IMG/VR virus record: IMGVR_UViG_3300031851_000011
Length of the DNA: 20,000 nucleotides
Origin: an uncultured virus (IMG/VR IMGVR_UViG_3300031851_000011)
Taxonomy: Duplodnaviria > Heunggongvirae > Uroviricota > Caudoviricetes
Reading direction: 5' to 3' (one strand)
Shown: in pieces, positions 18,397-20,000 of the stretch
Layout: each line of letters begins with the position of its first letter
Numbering within the stretch: the first letter of the stretch is position 1
Notes under the pieces: model-generated
The model's input: the letters and a program-made list of their open reading frames with translations, nothing else
Databases searched by the model: none
Told to the model about the DNA's origin: nothing
Made by a program: the position numbers and the translations under genes

Positions 18397-19214
18397 TCAT
18401 CCTTTTCGGTTTCTTCGCTATCGTCTTCTTTTTCAATATCAATAGCGTCGTCAATAGTTTTTAATATCTCGTCAATTTCTTTCTGGTTTTTGCCAAGACC
18501 CCTATACCACACGTTAATTACTTTAACTAGCTTATCAAAAGATTCTTCAAAAATATCCTTGTTCTTAAGTGTGTCCTCATCGATGTCTTCAGCATCTTCT
18601 GAAATATACAAGTAAAATTCACGCTTCTCATCATAACCTTCACCCTCAAAAATGGGGAAAAACTTTTTCTCACCTTTGATGGTTTCCTCAAAAAATGAAA
18701 AATTAAAGATAAAAAATTCATAAAGCTTATGTTCCGCTTTAACATCCGCCGTATGGTTAAATTGTTCGCTTATGGCTGTTTCATAGTCCATAATCTCCTT
18801 TTGAGTAATTGCGATTACAGACTTTGCTTCCTCTAATTTTTTCTGTTGTTCTTTGTCTAGATCTTTGGCTGAATTATAAAACTCAACAATCCTGCTCGCG
18901 TCCATATTTTCTTTGAGCAAACGTTGCAAGTCTTCAGAAAATTCCTTGGAAGCCACACCTCCGTTATCACCCATCTTCTTGTTTAGCATTGCGCGAGTCA
19001 GAAACCCAAGGTTAATGAACTCATTAAATTTTTGACTGTAAAAGAACTCGGCGTCTTCTATGTCCGCCTTGCTTGGTTTTTGGAAAACGATACGATAAGG
19101 CAAGTCTTTTTTAACCTTTTTTGTTGTATCTACAGTTTTACCTTTTACTTTTTTTACATGAGGTATTTCGACCTCAACTTCTCTTTTAATTTCAAACGAA
19201 TAAAGTTCTTTCAT
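18393..19214 (-). CDS. Putative tail assembly chaperone, paralogue of 17527-18396
   Basis: Charged helical protein, ATGA-coupled to the next gene, shares motif spacing with it. Confidence 0.5.
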   Translation of the reverse strand: MKELYSFEIKREVEVEIPHVKKVKGKTVDTTKKVKKDLPYRIVFQKPSKADIEDAEFFYSQKFNEFINLGFLTRAMLNKKMGDNGGVASKEFSEDLQRLLKENMDASRIVEFYNSAKDLDKEQQKKLEEAKSVIAITQKEIMDYETAISEQFNHTADVKAEHKLYEFFIFNFSFFEETIKGEKKFFPIFEGEGYDEKREFYLYISEDAEDIDEDTLKNKDIFEESFDKLVKVINVWYRGLGKNQKEIDEILKTIDDAIDIEKEDDSEETEKDE

Positions 19215-19222
19215 ATCTACAT

Positions 19223-19251
19223 ATTATATATTTAAAAAAGGAAAAAAACAA
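19223..19251 (-). promoter_or_regulatory. Possible sigma70 promoter for the chaperone/tape measure genes
   Basis: On - strand TTGTTT, 17 nt, TATAAT, then 8 nt to ATG 19214; the region is very T-rich so the -35 match is weak. Confidence 0.45.
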
Positions 19252-19257
19252 AAAAAA

Positions 19258-19716
19258 TTAAGATTGAGCCAGCAATTCTCCACTTAATGAAATTGCCTCT
19301 CCAGAAAACGTTAAAAACGGAAGAGTGAATCTTTCGTGAGGTTGACCGTAAACAGTCGCGGTGGACGACATGTTTTCTTTTTCTAGTTTTATATATTCAA
19401 CATTGTCGCCTAAATATAGGTTGTTTGCAATCAATTGACCGTTTTGAAAATAAGATAGTGTATTGTCTGTCTTTAAGTGAACCTGCAAGCTAAATGGTTT
19501 ATTCGGCTGATATCCGCCAAAAAAATTACCACTTTGATCAAACAGATATCCATCGTATCCAGAAAAACAAAACCCAGTGGTCACAAGACCCGTTGAACCC
19601 ACGCCCGTTTCCGCTAATCCGCCGCAAACAGTAAAAACCTCCTCTGTATTACTTGAGGAAAATGTTAGATCAATCTCAGATTGAGTATAGGATGATATTT
19701 TTTTGTAAACAATCAT
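19258..19716 (-). CDS. Small beta-rich putative virion protein
   Basis: 152 aa, TG/SG-rich, LSYFQNGQLIA lectin-like strand motif. Confidence 0.55.
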   Translation of the reverse strand: MIVYKKISSYTQSEIDLTFSSSNTEEVFTVCGGLAETGVGSTGLVTTGFCFSGYDGYLFDQSGNFFGGYQPNKPFSLQVHLKTDNTLSYFQNGQLIANNLYLGDNVEYIKLEKENMSSTATVYGQPHERFTLPFLTFSGEAISLSGELLAQS

Positions 19717-19772
19717 TGTAAAATAAGCGGCTCTTATGGTTTTTATTTTTTTACGGTTCTTTGTCTCAATAA

Positions 19773-20000
19773 TTACTTATCGTATTGTTTAGTTGCCAAA
19801 AAGTATTCGTCCATGTCCTCTTCGTCAATATCGAGAGAGGGGATTGCAATCATCGCCTGAACTAATGAATGCCTACGCTCAATAGTAGAAGCATGTTTCC
19901 ATCCAGCCTGTGTTGCAACTCGCGTATCTTCGTCGGGAATGCCAGCGATGACAGTTTCGATCATGGCGGTTTTACCTACAATGTCTAAAACAGCCTTTAG
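19773..20000 (-). CDS. Partial ORF entering from the right edge; C-terminus of a small phage protein often associated with tail fibres
   Basis: Frame stays open past 19964 to the edge (LKAVLDIVGKTAMIETVIAGI..); W.HASTIERRHSLV..DMDEYF resembles the phage WE.A..I.R..PLV..QID.LF helical family. Confidence 0.55.
   Translation of the reverse strand, partial: LKAVLDIVGKTAMIETVIAGIPDEDTRVATQAGWKHASTIERRHSLVQAMIAIPSLDIDEEDMDEYFLATKQYDK

Noticed and set aside
18393..18480. Programmed -1 frameshift between the chaperone genes
   Set aside because: The -1 frame has TGA immediately before the downstream ATG, so a shift cannot produce a fusion
18527..18745. Nested same-strand 72-aa ORF inside the chaperone gene
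   Set aside because: Alternative frame within a longer gene with no supporting signals
1..20000. CRISPR array, tRNA/rRNA, transposase/integrase, intron/intein, or stop-codon reassignment
   Set aside because: No repeat-spacer arrays or recognisable motifs; intergenic gaps are very short; genes tile the window under the standard code using all three stop codons

Overview
AT-rich, densely coded segment of a large tailed (Caudoviricetes) phage genome with two convergent blocks. The + strand block (254-4949) encodes a Whirly-like ssDNA-binding protein with an SSB-type acidic tail, a GT4 glycosyltransferase with a Zn-ribbon insert fused to the N-half of a GT9 enzyme, a gene starting with the GT9 C-half, a DUF3127-like SSB, and a probable single-strand annealing protein. 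Near-consensus sigma70 promoters drive this block, two of them apparently leaderless. The - strand block (20000 to 4946) is a tail morphogenesis module: two paralogous putative chaperones, a 1595-aa tape measure protein, two paralogous tail-tip proteins, a LamG protein, a small virion protein and a baseplate-hub-like protein. A partial - strand gene runs off the left edge. Most notable: the phage Whirly-like protein, the split GT9 arrangement together with (S/T)G-rich virion proteins (possible virion glycosylation), a motif-delimited nuclease-like insert in the tape measure protein, and a candidate GTGTAA late promoter. All family assignments are motif recognition by eye, not database searches.
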